A stretch of DNA of 64,000 nucleotides, taken from an uncultured Gemmatimonadales bacterium (GTDB lineage: Bacteria; Gemmatimonadota; Gemmatimonadetes; Gemmatimonadales; GWC2-71-9). The stretch's first letter is position 1. The number at the start of each line of letters is the position of its first letter. Below the pieces are notes generated by a model, which did not search any database, had not been told where the DNA came from, and was given only the letters and a program-made list of their open reading frames with translations. Made by a program: the position numbers and the translations under genes. Shown one piece after another: positions 1 through 8,221 of this stretch. Where the stretch lies: positions 448,118 to 512,117 of the forward strand of contig CAVQSR010000004.1 of the NCBI GenBank assembly GCA_963716055.1, written 5' to 3'.

Positions 1-282
1 TAACGGCACCCGTGGCCGAAAACGGTGGCCACCCCACCGCATAGCGGACAGTGAATCTGCATCATGTGCCAGGCTCCTTCCGCTGCAACTAGTCGTCCTC
101 GTGCGGCCCGCGCATGGCCGCGTCGCCCTCCCGCTGACACCGCCGCCGCGCCGTGACGACGGCGCACTCCGTCGCCGGATGGGGCTGTGTGATGAGACAT
201 TCGCGCGTCGCGATATGTGTGACCATGCCATCCATAGTCTGTGGTGTGCTCCTTCGGCCAACCGGTATCGCGTCATTACGGG

Positions 283-318
283 GAACAAGAAAAGAAGGGC
301 GGACTCGGCCGCCCCCCC
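283..318 (-). terminator. Rho-independent terminator candidate downstream of the 371..685 gene
   Basis: Minus strand: GGGCGG-CCGAGT-CCGCCC stem-loop (297-314) followed by the T-rich run TTCTTTTCTTGTT (283-296). Confidence 0.5.
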
Positions 319-370
319 TCCTCGTCAGACCGCTCGACAGACCGCCGGCTCGTGCTGAGCCCGATCGGGC

Positions 371-685
371 CTAGTTCCTCGAGGCGATCTTGTGGAACGT
401 TGAGTTCGCAACCTCGTAGGTCTCAACCTTCGGGGTTCCCTCAACGACCTTCGCCAGACTCGTCAGCACCCGCGGATAGATGTCGCGGCTATAGTTGTCC
501 GCGTTCTCTTTCCGATCCCACAGACTGATCGCCACCGCTTCGGAGCGGTCCGCGGCAACGAACGTGATCTCGTCCTTGAAGCCGTTCTGCTTGCGCAGCA
601 AGGGCAGGACGTCTGTTTCCAGCGTCCGGGTGAACTCTGGGGCCGTATTGGCCTTGAGGTGCAGCGTGACATTACGTGCGTACAT
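371..685 (-). CDS. ABM-like (antibiotic biosynthesis monooxygenase / ferredoxin-fold) small protein, about 104 aa
   Basis: Lies in ORF 371..739. The internal ATG at 685 (MYARNVTLHLKANTAPEF...) is preceded by AAGGGAG. The sequence pattern ...FVAADRSEAVAISLWDRKENADNY... is typical of ABM/Dabb domains. Confidence 0.6.
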   Translation of the reverse strand: MYARNVTLHLKANTAPEFTRTLETDVLPLLRKQNGFKDEITFVAADRSEAVAISLWDRKENADNYSRDIYPRVLTSLAKVVEGTPKVETYEVANSTFHKIASRN

Positions 686-770
686 AGCGACTCCCTTTGG
701 CAACCAACATGAACCTGTGTGACCACTGGTGGTTCTCAAGCTGCGTCAAGCTTACCGACCTTAACTACGT

Positions 771-833
771 TTGTCAAGTACCCAGGCACAAGGGGCTGGT
801 GTACTTGACAAGTATAGTACATCATGATACCAT
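771..833. promoter_or_regulatory. Divergent promoter/operator region between the ABM-like gene and hsp20
   Basis: Perfect 11-bp inverted repeat TTGTCAAGTAC (771-781) / GTACTTGACAA (801-811). Each arm contains TTGACA facing outward: plus strand TTGACA 805-810, 17 nt, TACCAT 828-833; minus strand TTGACA, 17 nt, TAAGCT. Confidence 0.35.
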
Positions 834-898
834 TGTGCTAGCTTAACGTTCATTAGTTAACTGCGCGCGATTTCACAACAAGACTGAGAGAGGACGAT

Positions 899-1375
899 AT
901 GATCGGCATGACGAAGAGGGACCCGATGTTGGATCTGCTGTATCAGCTGGAGCACCGGATGGGCCGGATCTACAGCGAGCCGTTCCGCACGTTTCAGTGG
1001 CCGGTACCCGAGGCCGCGACGACCGCGTGGCTGCCGTTGGTTGACATCTTCGAGGAGCCCGATGTCATCCGCCTGGCGGCGGAGATCCCCGGAGTGAGGC
1101 CTGAGGATGTGAAGATCTCGGTAGAGGACAACCTGCTGACGCTCAAGGGGACCAAGGAGCAGGTGGCGGAGGAGAAGGCCGAGAAGGTCCATCGCTATGA
1201 GCGGACCTATGGCGCCTTCGAGCGGACCTTCAGGCTGTCAGCCGCGATCGATGTCAACAAGATCAAGGCGACTTGCGACCTCGGCGTGCTAACGATCACG
1301 CTGCCGAAGGCCGAGACGGCCAAGCCACATCTGATCGAGGTGGCGGTCATGCCGGAGAAGGCGTTGAAGGCCTGA
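899..1375 (+). CDS. Hsp20/alpha-crystallin family small heat-shock protein
   Basis: 158-aa ORF with GAGAGAGGA upstream. The alpha-crystallin core reads VDIFEEPDVIRLAAEIPGVRPEDVKISVEDNLLTLKG...YERTYGAFERTFRL...GVLTITLPK. Confidence 0.93.
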   Translation: MIGMTKRDPMLDLLYQLEHRMGRIYSEPFRTFQWPVPEAATTAWLPLVDIFEEPDVIRLAAEIPGVRPEDVKISVEDNLLTLKGTKEQVAEEKAEKVHRYERTYGAFERTFRLSAAIDVNKIKATCDLGVLTITLPKAETAKPHLIEVAVMPEKALKA

Positions 1376-1386
1376 CCGAGCGGGGA

Positions 1387-1445
1387 GAGAGGAGGGCGCC
1401 ATGGTTCTTGTGTTTGTTCCGCTCGCCCTCCTCTTCGTTGTCCCG
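1387..1445 (+). terminator. Terminator-like hairpin after hsp20
   Basis: GAGAGGAGGGCG (1387-1398) pairs with CGCCCTCCTCTT (1424-1435), 11 of 12 positions, followed by CGTTGTC. The loop is long, so confidence is moderate. Confidence 0.45.
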
Positions 1446-1769
1446 AGAGGCGACCACGCGTACGGAGCACAGAGACACTTATGAAAGGCCTGCTGACACA
1501 CGTCGCAACGGCCGAATGTTTCATCACCCTACCTCATCCGACGCTGAAGTGCGGGATCGTCACGGCGTGGTGGCGGTCCCAGGTGGAGGGGGAGGGGGCG
1601 GACACGCCCATGCGGCGGCAACGCCCGACGACGGGCAAACAGGCGGCGAGGGAGCCTTTAGGAGGCACGCTCGCCGGCAGTTGACGGCGGCCGCCCCGAT
1701 GGTGCTGCTTCCGCAGCAGCCCCGCACATTTCTGCCACCCACGGCCTTCCTCCACGAGTGCACGGCCTG

Positions 1770-2039
1770 ATGTCACGGCGCACCATCGTGGTAGACAGCG
1801 ACATCTGGAAGGTGTATCCCGCGGGCCGCGTGACGGTCTACGGGAAGGACGAATTTGGGTTGCTGTTCGAGCTGGGGACCGGCCCCGAGCGCAAGCGTCG
1901 CTTCACCCGCTATTCGCCTCTCGGGTCCCGCAGCCCCGACGCATCCCTTGCCGAACTCACCGAGCGGCAGCTCCTGGACCTCTTCCGTCAGTCGCAGCCC
2001 GCCTGGACGTCGCCGGAGGGTGCGTACGGCGCTCCATGA
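1770..2039 (+). CDS. Hypothetical protein, about 89 aa
   Basis: ORF 1758..2039 with ATG at 1770 (MSRRTIVVDSDIWKVYPAGRVTVYGKDEFGLLFELG...). Third codon positions are G/C-rich as in neighbouring genes. No family recognised. Confidence 0.45.
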   Translation: MSRRTIVVDSDIWKVYPAGRVTVYGKDEFGLLFELGTGPERKRRFTRYSPLGSRSPDASLAELTERQLLDLFRQSQPAWTSPEGAYGAP

Positions 2040-2160
2040 TCCCTGGTGGGAAGACGTGAACTTCGAGGGTGGGACGATTCACTGGCGCGCCCAGCACGAC
2101 ACAAAGGGGTTCGAGCAAAGTCGTGCCCACCAGCCACCCGACGCAGCGGGTAGAGAGTAG
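2038..2160 (+). pseudogene. Possible tyrosine-recombinase internal fragment
   Basis: The tail of ORF 1855..2160 reads DPWWEDVNFEGGTIHWRAQHDTKGFEQ. This resembles the integrase motif LrWeDVDfe.gtI.vra..tKt that follows catalytic box I. It is short and weak. Confidence 0.3.
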
Positions 2161-2210
2161 TTGAGGCGCGACACGGGGTACTGGTTGCATACTGCAGCGG
2201 GAGGTGTCCA

Positions 2211-2408
2211 ATGAAATACAAGATCGCGCTGCAGAAATCGGATGAGGGCTACAGCGTCTCGGTTCCCGGGCTGCCCGGCTGCTGGTCCCAGGGGGCCACG
2301 GAAGAGGAAGCGCTGGAGAACATCCGGGACGCTATCCGCGAGTACCTTGCCGCGCGGGAGGATCTGCTCGGAGGTACCACGGTCCGCGAAGTCGAAGTCG
2401 CGGGCTGA
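2211..2408 (+). CDS. hicB: HicB-family antitoxin (UPF0150)
   Basis: MKYKIALQKSDEGYSVSVPGLPGCWSQGATEEEALENIRDAIREYL is the classic HicB N-terminal fold signature. It ends 3 nt before hicA. Confidence 0.85.
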   Translation: MKYKIALQKSDEGYSVSVPGLPGCWSQGATEEEALENIRDAIREYLAAREDLLGGTTVREVEVAG

Positions 2409-2411
2409 GCG

Positions 2412-2636
2412 GTGCCCAAGGTCCCGGGCATCAACCACCTGGACGCGGTGCGGGCACTCGAGAAGGCGGGATTCGGAGTCGTGCGACAGGGGAAGCACAT
2501 CGTGATGACCGACGGCGTGCGGATCCTGACGATCCCGCGGCACGATCCCGTCAACGCGTACACGATGGGCGGCATCGTCTGGGACGCGGGACTCCCGGTC
2601 GAGGAGTTCCGCAAGCCGAGTTACGACACCGAGTAG
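2412..2636 (+). CDS. hicA: HicA-family mRNA interferase toxin (YcfA-like)
   Basis: GTG start. ...AVRALEKAGFGVVRQGKHIVMTDGVRILTIPRHDPVNAYTMGGIVWDAGL... matches the HicA pattern. Confidence 0.85.
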   Translation: MPKVPGINHLDAVRALEKAGFGVVRQGKHIVMTDGVRILTIPRHDPVNAYTMGGIVWDAGLPVEEFRKPSYDTE

Positions 2637-2740
2637 CAATCACGCGATGTCCTGGGCATCGGTATCGTGACGCGCCGCAAATGAAGAACGCGGCGTCCAC
2701 GCCGCTCATGGAGATCAAACCAACCGCGTGGTTGGCTTCC

Positions 2741-2953
2741 TCACGAGTGCCGAGGTGAACGCAGCTTGTGAGAAGGCAGATGGCGTATATCTGAAGCGAC
2801 TACCGGCGGCACGGGCTCCTTCCCCGCGAGCCAATCCCGGACCTCACGTGGCCACACGCCAAGGTTCTGGGCGAGTCGCGCTTGCCCCCACGCGATGCGC
2901 CGTAACTCGCGCTTCAGTTGTGCGGGAGTCAAGGTCTTCTCCGAAAGGGACAT
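2741..2953 (-). CDS. Small HTH-like protein (hypothetical)
   Basis: Lies in ORF 2741..3028. From the internal ATG it reads MSLSEKTLTPAQLKRELRRIAWGQARLAQNLGVWPREVRDWLAGKEPVP, which looks like an XRE-type helix-turn-helix. Confidence 0.35.
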   Translation of the reverse strand: MSLSEKTLTPAQLKRELRRIAWGQARLAQNLGVWPREVRDWLAGKEPVPPVVASDIRHLPSHKLRSPRHS

Positions 2954-3167
2954 TCTTCGCTGCTCCCCCCCACTGTTCGGTGATCTCACACGCATAGCGC
3001 GCCTCAGGAAGTCAGCGACACGGTCCAAGGACAGTGCACGAAGCTCCTTGTCGGTCGGCAGCTGCCTCTCACCTAGGGGCAGGAAGTATTTGTCGCCCCT
3101 TATAGAGCCCCCGATTTCCTTGGACAGGCATTTGGGCTATCTCTGAGGGGTCCGAGGAGCGAGGATC

Positions 3168-3320
3168 ATGACGGTGGTGAGCGCGCAGGAGTCGGGCGCC
3201 GAGCTGCCTGAGCGGTGGAGTGCGAAGGCGAAGGCGGAGGTCGTGCTGCGGTTGCTGCGCGGCGAGGCGGTGGACGCTGTGAGTCGCGAGGTCCAGGTGC
3301 CGGCGCACGGGCTTCGCTGA
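3168..3320 (+). mobile_element. IS3-type transposase OrfA N-terminal fragment (50 aa, truncated)
   Basis: My translation gives MTVVSAQESGAELPERWSAKAKAEVVLRLLRGEAVDAVSREVQVPAHGLR-stop. The pattern rWSaeeK..iVLrlLRGE.v..lsRE.gV is typical of the IS3-family OrfA HTH. The fragment abuts an integrase remnant. Confidence 0.45.
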
Positions 3321-3321
3321 A

Positions 3322-3585
3322 CGCGAGCTGAACCTGTACGACTTCCGGCACACGTACTGCGCCGCGCGGTTACAGACGCTGGACGGGGACGCACCGGTGT
3401 CACCCTACACGGTGGGCCAGGAACTCGGGCACGGCGGCGACTCGCTGGTGAAGCGGGTGTACGGGCACCTGGGCACGGTGCGACACCGCTCGAAGGCGGT
3501 CGAGTATCGGGTGCAGCAGCATCTCAAGGCGAATCACCGCGACCAGCCCGTAGCCCACTGGCTGAAGGCGCTTCAGGCGGCATAG
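3322..3585 (+). pseudogene. Tyrosine recombinase/integrase C-terminal remnant (box II to end)
   Basis: The frame reads ELNLYDFRHTYCAARLQTLDGDAPVSPYTVGQELGHGGDSLVKRVYGHLGTVRHRS..., carrying the H-x-x-R and GH...Y catalytic motifs. No N-terminal two-thirds is present. Confidence 0.7.
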
Positions 3586-3655
3586 GGCACGTCCCCCATC
3601 GCGGGACACGCGCCTCCCCGCAGCACGGGGGCGCGTTCTCGTATCTTGTTGCCTC

Positions 3656-4189
3656 ATGGACAACACACCGGTGAAGGTCGAGCGCAATGATGTTGAGCCC
3701 GTTCCTGCCAAGCCGCCGCGCCGACGGCTCCTGTATACGATTACCGCTCTTGTTGGAGCAGGGGCGGCCATCTCTCTACTGGCCGTTGCGCGTTCCCTGC
3801 CCACGCTTCCAGACAGGTGGGGGCTCCAACTAGCGGTCTTTGCCGCCGTCGCGACGGTCCCTCACTGGCTCGTGGAAGCCTTCGCGTGGGTGGCGGTGGC
3901 GCTTGGCAAAGACCTTGAGTTGGGGGACCACAAGATTGGATTCACGAATCCTGGTGCGTTCCTCGGGGTCGTGGAGCGCGTCCTGTTTCTTGGCGCGCTC
4001 GTGGTTGGCTATCCCGAATTCATCGCGGTGTGGTTCGTGTTCAAGGGAATTGCTAACTATCGGGTGGGCCTTCCCGAAGTTCGGGCACGACGCACGTTCC
4101 AACTGTTCCTGTTGAACAACGCCGTGTCGCTCGCGGGCGTCGCGTTGGGGTGGCTCGTGTGGAAGCTGCTCGACCTACCTATCTTCTAG
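3656..4189 (+). CDS. Hypothetical multi-pass membrane protein, 177 aa
   Basis: The ORF has 4-5 hydrophobic segments (LLYTITALVGAGAAISLLAV, LQLAVFAAVATVPHWLV, FLGALVVGYPEFIAVWFVF, AVSLAGVALGWLVWKLL). G+C is lower than in the surroundings. No family recognised. Confidence 0.55.
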   Translation: MDNTPVKVERNDVEPVPAKPPRRRLLYTITALVGAGAAISLLAVARSLPTLPDRWGLQLAVFAAVATVPHWLVEAFAWVAVALGKDLELGDHKIGFTNPGAFLGVVERVLFLGALVVGYPEFIAVWFVFKGIANYRVGLPEVRARRTFQLFLLNNAVSLAGVALGWLVWKLLDLPIF

Positions 4190-4281
4190 ACACTAATTCA
4201 GACACTGCCCGCACGCCTAAGCTGACACTACGAAGCCCCAGCAACCGCGCAACTGGTTACCGGGGCTTCGGTTTGATCGAG

Positions 4282-4355
<74 letters not shown>

Positions 4356-4394
4356 GGCATGTTCTACAACGACTTACGCGATGAGGCGTGCGGT

Positions 4395-4652
4395 CTAACC
4401 GAGTGGTGTCACCAGTGGTGCCAGACTCGCCCCTCGCACGGCCTCGAGCCGGTCCGACAACTTAGCGCGGTGCTGCTCGACGCGGTACTCCACCACCGCT
4501 GCCCGGTGCCGCACCTCGCCCAGGTGACCGTACACCTTTCGCACCATCGCATCACCGCCATGGCCGAGTTCCCGGCCGACCGTGAATGGGCTCACCGGCG
4601 CACCGTGATCCAGCGTCTGCAACCGCGCCGCGCAGTACGTGTGTCGTAGCAT
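4395..4652 (-). pseudogene. Second tyrosine-integrase C-terminal remnant, paralogous to 3322..3585 and inverted
   Basis: MLRHTYCAARLQTLDHGAPVSPFTVGRELGHGGDAMVRKVYGHLGEVRHRAAVVEYRVEQH aligns residue by residue with the 3322..3585 fragment (roughly three-quarters nucleotide identity by eye). It lies adjacent to the tRNA-Ile 5' side. Confidence 0.7.
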
Positions 4653-4832
4653 CTTCCCGCCGTGCGGTCCTGCGCAAAACGACGGGGGACCGGTCAGACC
4701 ACGACCCGTAGTCCGCCGGCGCTTCACGCGATGGCGTGTGGATTGCGCGGCGTTCTGGCGCCCGCGCCTCGCTAGCCGCGCCCCGCCCCAACGCGTATGC
4801 TCTAGGCGCTATCGGGACCCGGGAGGGGGCGC

Positions 4833-6206
4833 GTGGGGGACGTCCTGAGCCGTCTGTGGTCGGCCCTCGCCGGCCGCTACACGCTCGAGCGCGAGCTCGG
4901 CCGCGGCGGCATGGCCACCGTCTACCTCGTCCATGACGTCAAGCACGACCGCTCGGTCGCGCTCAAGGTGCTGCTCCCCGACCTCGCCGCCGCCCTCGGC
5001 CCCGAGCGGTTCCAGCGCGAGATCACGCTCGCCGCCCGGCTGCAGCACCCCCACATCCTCAGCGTCCACGACTCGGGCGAGGCGGCGGGCCAGCTCTGGT
5101 TCACCATGCCGTTCGTCGAGGGCGAATCGCTGCGCGACCGGCTGGCGCGCGAGAAGCAGCTCCCGGTGGACGACGCGCTGCGGATCGCGCGCGAGGCGGC
5201 GCTCGCCCTGGAGTACGCCCACCGCCACGGCGTGGTGCACCGCGACGTCAAGCCCGAGAACCTGCTGCTCACGACCGACGGCAGCACGATGGTCGCCGAC
5301 TTCGGGATCGCGCGGGCCCTGGACGGGAGCGAGCAGTCGCTGACGGGCACCGGCGTGTCGATCGGCACGCCGGCCTATATGAGCCCCGAGCAGGCCAGCG
5401 GGTCGCGGGACTTGGACGCCCGCACCGACGTGTACGCGCTCGGGTGTGTGCTCTTCGAGATGCTGGCGGGGGAGCCGCCCTACACGGGGCCCACGGCGCA
5501 GGCGATCCTTGCCCGGGCGCTCACCGAGACCCCGCGACCGATTCACCCGATGCGCGCGGGCGTGCCGGAAGCCGTAGATGACCTCATCGCGCAGGCCATG
5601 GCGGCCACGGCGGCGGACCGCTACGCGAGCGCCGCCGCGTTCGCGCGGGCGCTGGGGACGGTGGGCGCGCCGCGGACGGCCGACGCGCGCTCGGTCCCCG
5701 CCCGGGGGCGGCGGTGGGTTCGCGTCCCCGCGTGGCTGGCGCGGCGGCCGCTGTTCGCGATGCTAGCGCTCGGGGTGTTGCTGGGTGGCGGGGCGCTGTT
5801 CGCCTGGCGGTACGCGCTCGGCGGCGGCGGAGGGGGGAGCGGCTCGCTGCTCGCGGTGCTGCCCTTCGAGACCCTCGGGGCGTCCGAGGACGAGTACATC
5901 TCGGATGGGATCACCGACGAGGTCCGGGGACGGCTCAGCGCGCTGCCCGGCGTGGAGGTCATCGCACGGGGGAGTTCCACCCCGTACAAGGAGACGGCGA
6001 AGACCCCCCAGGAGATCGCGCGGGAGTTGGGTGCGCGCTATCTGCTGACGGCCACGGTGCGATGGGGCAAGACGCCCGGCGGTGCGCGTACGCTGCACGT
6101 CCGCGCGGAGCTGGTGGAAGTGGGAAGGCGTGGTGCGCCCCGCATCCGGTGGCAACAGCCGTTCGAGGCGTCCGTCACCGAGGACTCGTTGAACGGCATC
6201 TTCTAG
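4833..6206 (+). CDS. Ser/Thr protein kinase, N-terminal part (kinase, TM, periplasmic module), ends at an in-frame TAG
   Basis: Hanks kinase motifs are present: [34 protein letters not shown]. There is a TM segment [19 protein letters not shown] followed by LAVLPFE.... Confidence 0.9.
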   Translation: MGDVLSRLWSALAGRYTLERELGRGGMATVYLVHDVKHDRSVALKVLLPDLAAALGPERFQREITLAARLQHPHILSVHDSGEAAGQLWFTMPFVEGESLRDRLAREKQLPVDDALRIAREAALALEYAHRHGVVHRDVKPENLLLTTDGSTMVADFGIARALDGSEQSLTGTGVSIGTPAYMSPEQASGSRDLDARTDVYALGCVLFEMLAGEPPYTGPTAQAILARALTETPRPIHPMRAGVPEAVDDLIAQAMAATAADRYASAAAFARALGTVGAPRTADARSVPARGRRWVRVPAWLARRPLFAMLALGVLLGGGALFAWRYALGGGGGGSGSLLAVLPFETLGASEDEYISDGITDEVRGRLSALPGVEVIARGSSTPYKETAKTPQEIARELGARYLLTATVRWGKTPGGARTLHVRAELVEVGRRGAPRIRWQQPFEASVTEDSLNGIF

Positions 6207-6230
6207 GTTTATGCCGACGTCGCGAGCCGG

Positions 6231-7505
6231 GTGGCGCAGGCGCTCGATGTGGCGTTGGGCGACAGCACGCGGCAGCGGCTGGCCGAGCCGCCGACGCAGA
6301 ACCTCGCGGCCTACGATGCGTACCTGAAGGGTGAAGAAGTGTCAGACGGACTCGGTGCCATTGACCCACCGACGCTCACCCGGGCGATCGCCTACTACGC
6401 ACAGGCCGTTGCGCTCGACTCTACCTTTCCCATGGCTTGGGCGCAGCTCTCCCGGTCGCAGTCGACGCTCTACTGGTACGGCACGCCAACACCAGGATTA
6501 GCCGAACAGTCCCGCGCAGCCGCCGAGCGGGCGCTTGCACTTTCGCCGAACGGCCCCGCAGGACACGTGGCCCGCGGGGACTACTACTACAAGGTGGCGC
6601 ATGACCTCCGCCGCGCGAGAGAGCAGTACACGCTTGGCCAGCAGGCGGCGCCCAGCAACGCCGATCTGCTCGTGGGGAGGGCCCTGGTCGAACAAAGCCT
6701 TGGGCGATGGGAGGACGCGCTCCTGTACCTTGACCAGGCCCGGCGGTTGGATCCTCGCTCAATTGTCACCGCAGGCTGGCTCTCGAAAGCGCTGCTTTGG
6801 CTCCGGCGTTACCCTGGGGCGCTGGACGCCGTTGACCGGGGGCGCGCCCTCGCGCCGGGCAACCTCGACTTGCTCGAGATCAAGGCCATGATCGCGCTGG
6901 GACGCGGCGACCTCGCCGCTGCGCGCGCGGTCATCGCGGCCAGCCCGAAGGAAGTGGACGCTGCGGCCCTCGTGGCCTATTTCGCCAACTCCTGGGACCT
7001 GTACTGGGTGCTGGACGACGCCCAGCAGCAGCTTCTGCTCCACCTGCCTCCGAGCGCGTTCAACGACGACCGAGGCGTGTGGGGCCATGTTCTGGCGCAG
7101 ACGCATTGGGTCCGGGAAGATCCATCTCGAGCGCGAGACTACGCTGACTCGGCGCGCATCGCTTTTGAGCAACAACTGCGGGCCATGCCGAAGCACCCCC
7201 AACTCCACATGTTCCTGGGACTCGCGCTCGCCTACCTTGACCGCAAAGCCGAAGCCGTGCAGGAGGGCGAGCGCAGCGCCGCGCTGTTGCCATTCGCGCA
7301 GGACTCATTCTACGGTGCCTACCTACAGCACCAGCTCGCTCGCATCTACATCCTCGTCGGCGAACCGGACAAGGCGTTGGAGCACCTGGAGCCGCTGCTC
7401 CGGATTCCCTACTACCTCTCACCCGGCTGGCTCCGGATCGATCCCACCTTCGATCCGCTGCGGAACCATCCGCGGTTCCAGCGGCTCGTGGCCGGGAGAT
7501 CGTGA
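6231..7505 (+). CDS. TPR-repeat protein, the same-frame continuation of the kinase ORF after TAG 6204-6206
   Basis: It is in the same reading frame as 4833..6206. The read-through sequence is ...NGIF-TAG-VYADVASRVAQALDVAL.... Downstream motifs are TPR-like (AYDAYLKG, AIAYYAQAVALDSTF, ...DPLRNHPRFQRL). Confidence 0.8.
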   Translation: MAQALDVALGDSTRQRLAEPPTQNLAAYDAYLKGEEVSDGLGAIDPPTLTRAIAYYAQAVALDSTFPMAWAQLSRSQSTLYWYGTPTPGLAEQSRAAAERALALSPNGPAGHVARGDYYYKVAHDLRRAREQYTLGQQAAPSNADLLVGRALVEQSLGRWEDALLYLDQARRLDPRSIVTAGWLSKALLWLRRYPGALDAVDRGRALAPGNLDLLEIKAMIALGRGDLAAARAVIAASPKEVDAAALVAYFANSWDLYWVLDDAQQQLLLHLPPSAFNDDRGVWGHVLAQTHWVREDPSRARDYADSARIAFEQQLRAMPKHPQLHMFLGLALAYLDRKAEAVQEGERSAALLPFAQDSFYGAYLQHQLARIYILVGEPDKALEHLEPLLRIPYYLSPGWLRIDPTFDPLRNHPRFQRLVAGRS

Positions 7506-7760
7506 GGCGCTGAGCCCCTGTTGACGGCCCCCGCTACAATCCCGCGACGACCTCACAGCAGCTTCCTGCTTGCCGGGTCGCGATGGCGACCGATGCCATG
7601 CATCACCGACAGCCCGGCGCCGACGATTCCGGCAACGTCAGCTGGCTCAGTCGTAGTCCGCCAGCATCTCGCAGCCTGCCTGGATCGCGTCTTGGGGTCG
7701 TTGCTGGCCGCCTCTCGAATCGCGTAACTCGCTGAAAACACGACGGCCGCCGCTGGTGGG

Positions 7761-7806
7761 CGACGGCCGCCTCGGCTTATCAGGCGTACGCAGCTACAGG
7801 CCCGGC
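7761..7806 (-). pseudogene. Degenerate tRNA-Ile fragment (5' acceptor strand plus anticodon arm, D-arm deleted)
   Basis: The reverse complement gcc-GGGCCTGTAGCT-GCGT-ACGCCTGATAAGCCGAGGCGG matches tRNA-Ile positions 1-12 and 28-40 and also 3 nt of its 5' flank. Confidence 0.45.
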
Positions 7807-7822
7807 CACCACCACCCAACTG

Positions 7823-7943
7823 CACCACCCCGTTGACAGACGCCAAGACGCCAAGTTGCAACCACCACCCCGTTGCAGGACGCCAAGACGCCACGTTGCA
7901 CCGCCATGGCTTGCAACTTAGCGTCTTGGCGTCTTAGCGTCTG

Positions 7944-7946
<3 letters not shown>
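7823..7946. repeat. GACGCCAAG(A/T)...GTTGCA repeat cluster: two direct units and one inverted unit (hairpin)
   Basis: 7823-7860 and 7862-7900 are direct copies (...CCCCGTTG(A)CAGGACGCCAAGACGCCA(A/C)GTTGCA). 7911-7946 is the inverted copy TTGCAACTTAGCGTCTTGGCGTCTTAGCGTCTGTCA. Confidence 0.8.
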
Positions 7947-8183
<237 letters not shown>

Positions 8184-8221
8184 TGTCACCTCCAGCTGGG
8201 GTGGGCAGTGAGCTCGACCGA

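Noticed and set aside
6204-6206. Genetic-code reassignment or pyrrolysine-type decoding of the in-frame TAG in the kinase gene.
   Set aside because: TAG is used as a normal terminator by several well-delimited genes here (mfd, lepA, hicA, surA, typA, wzx). No pyl genes or PYLIS-like context is evident.
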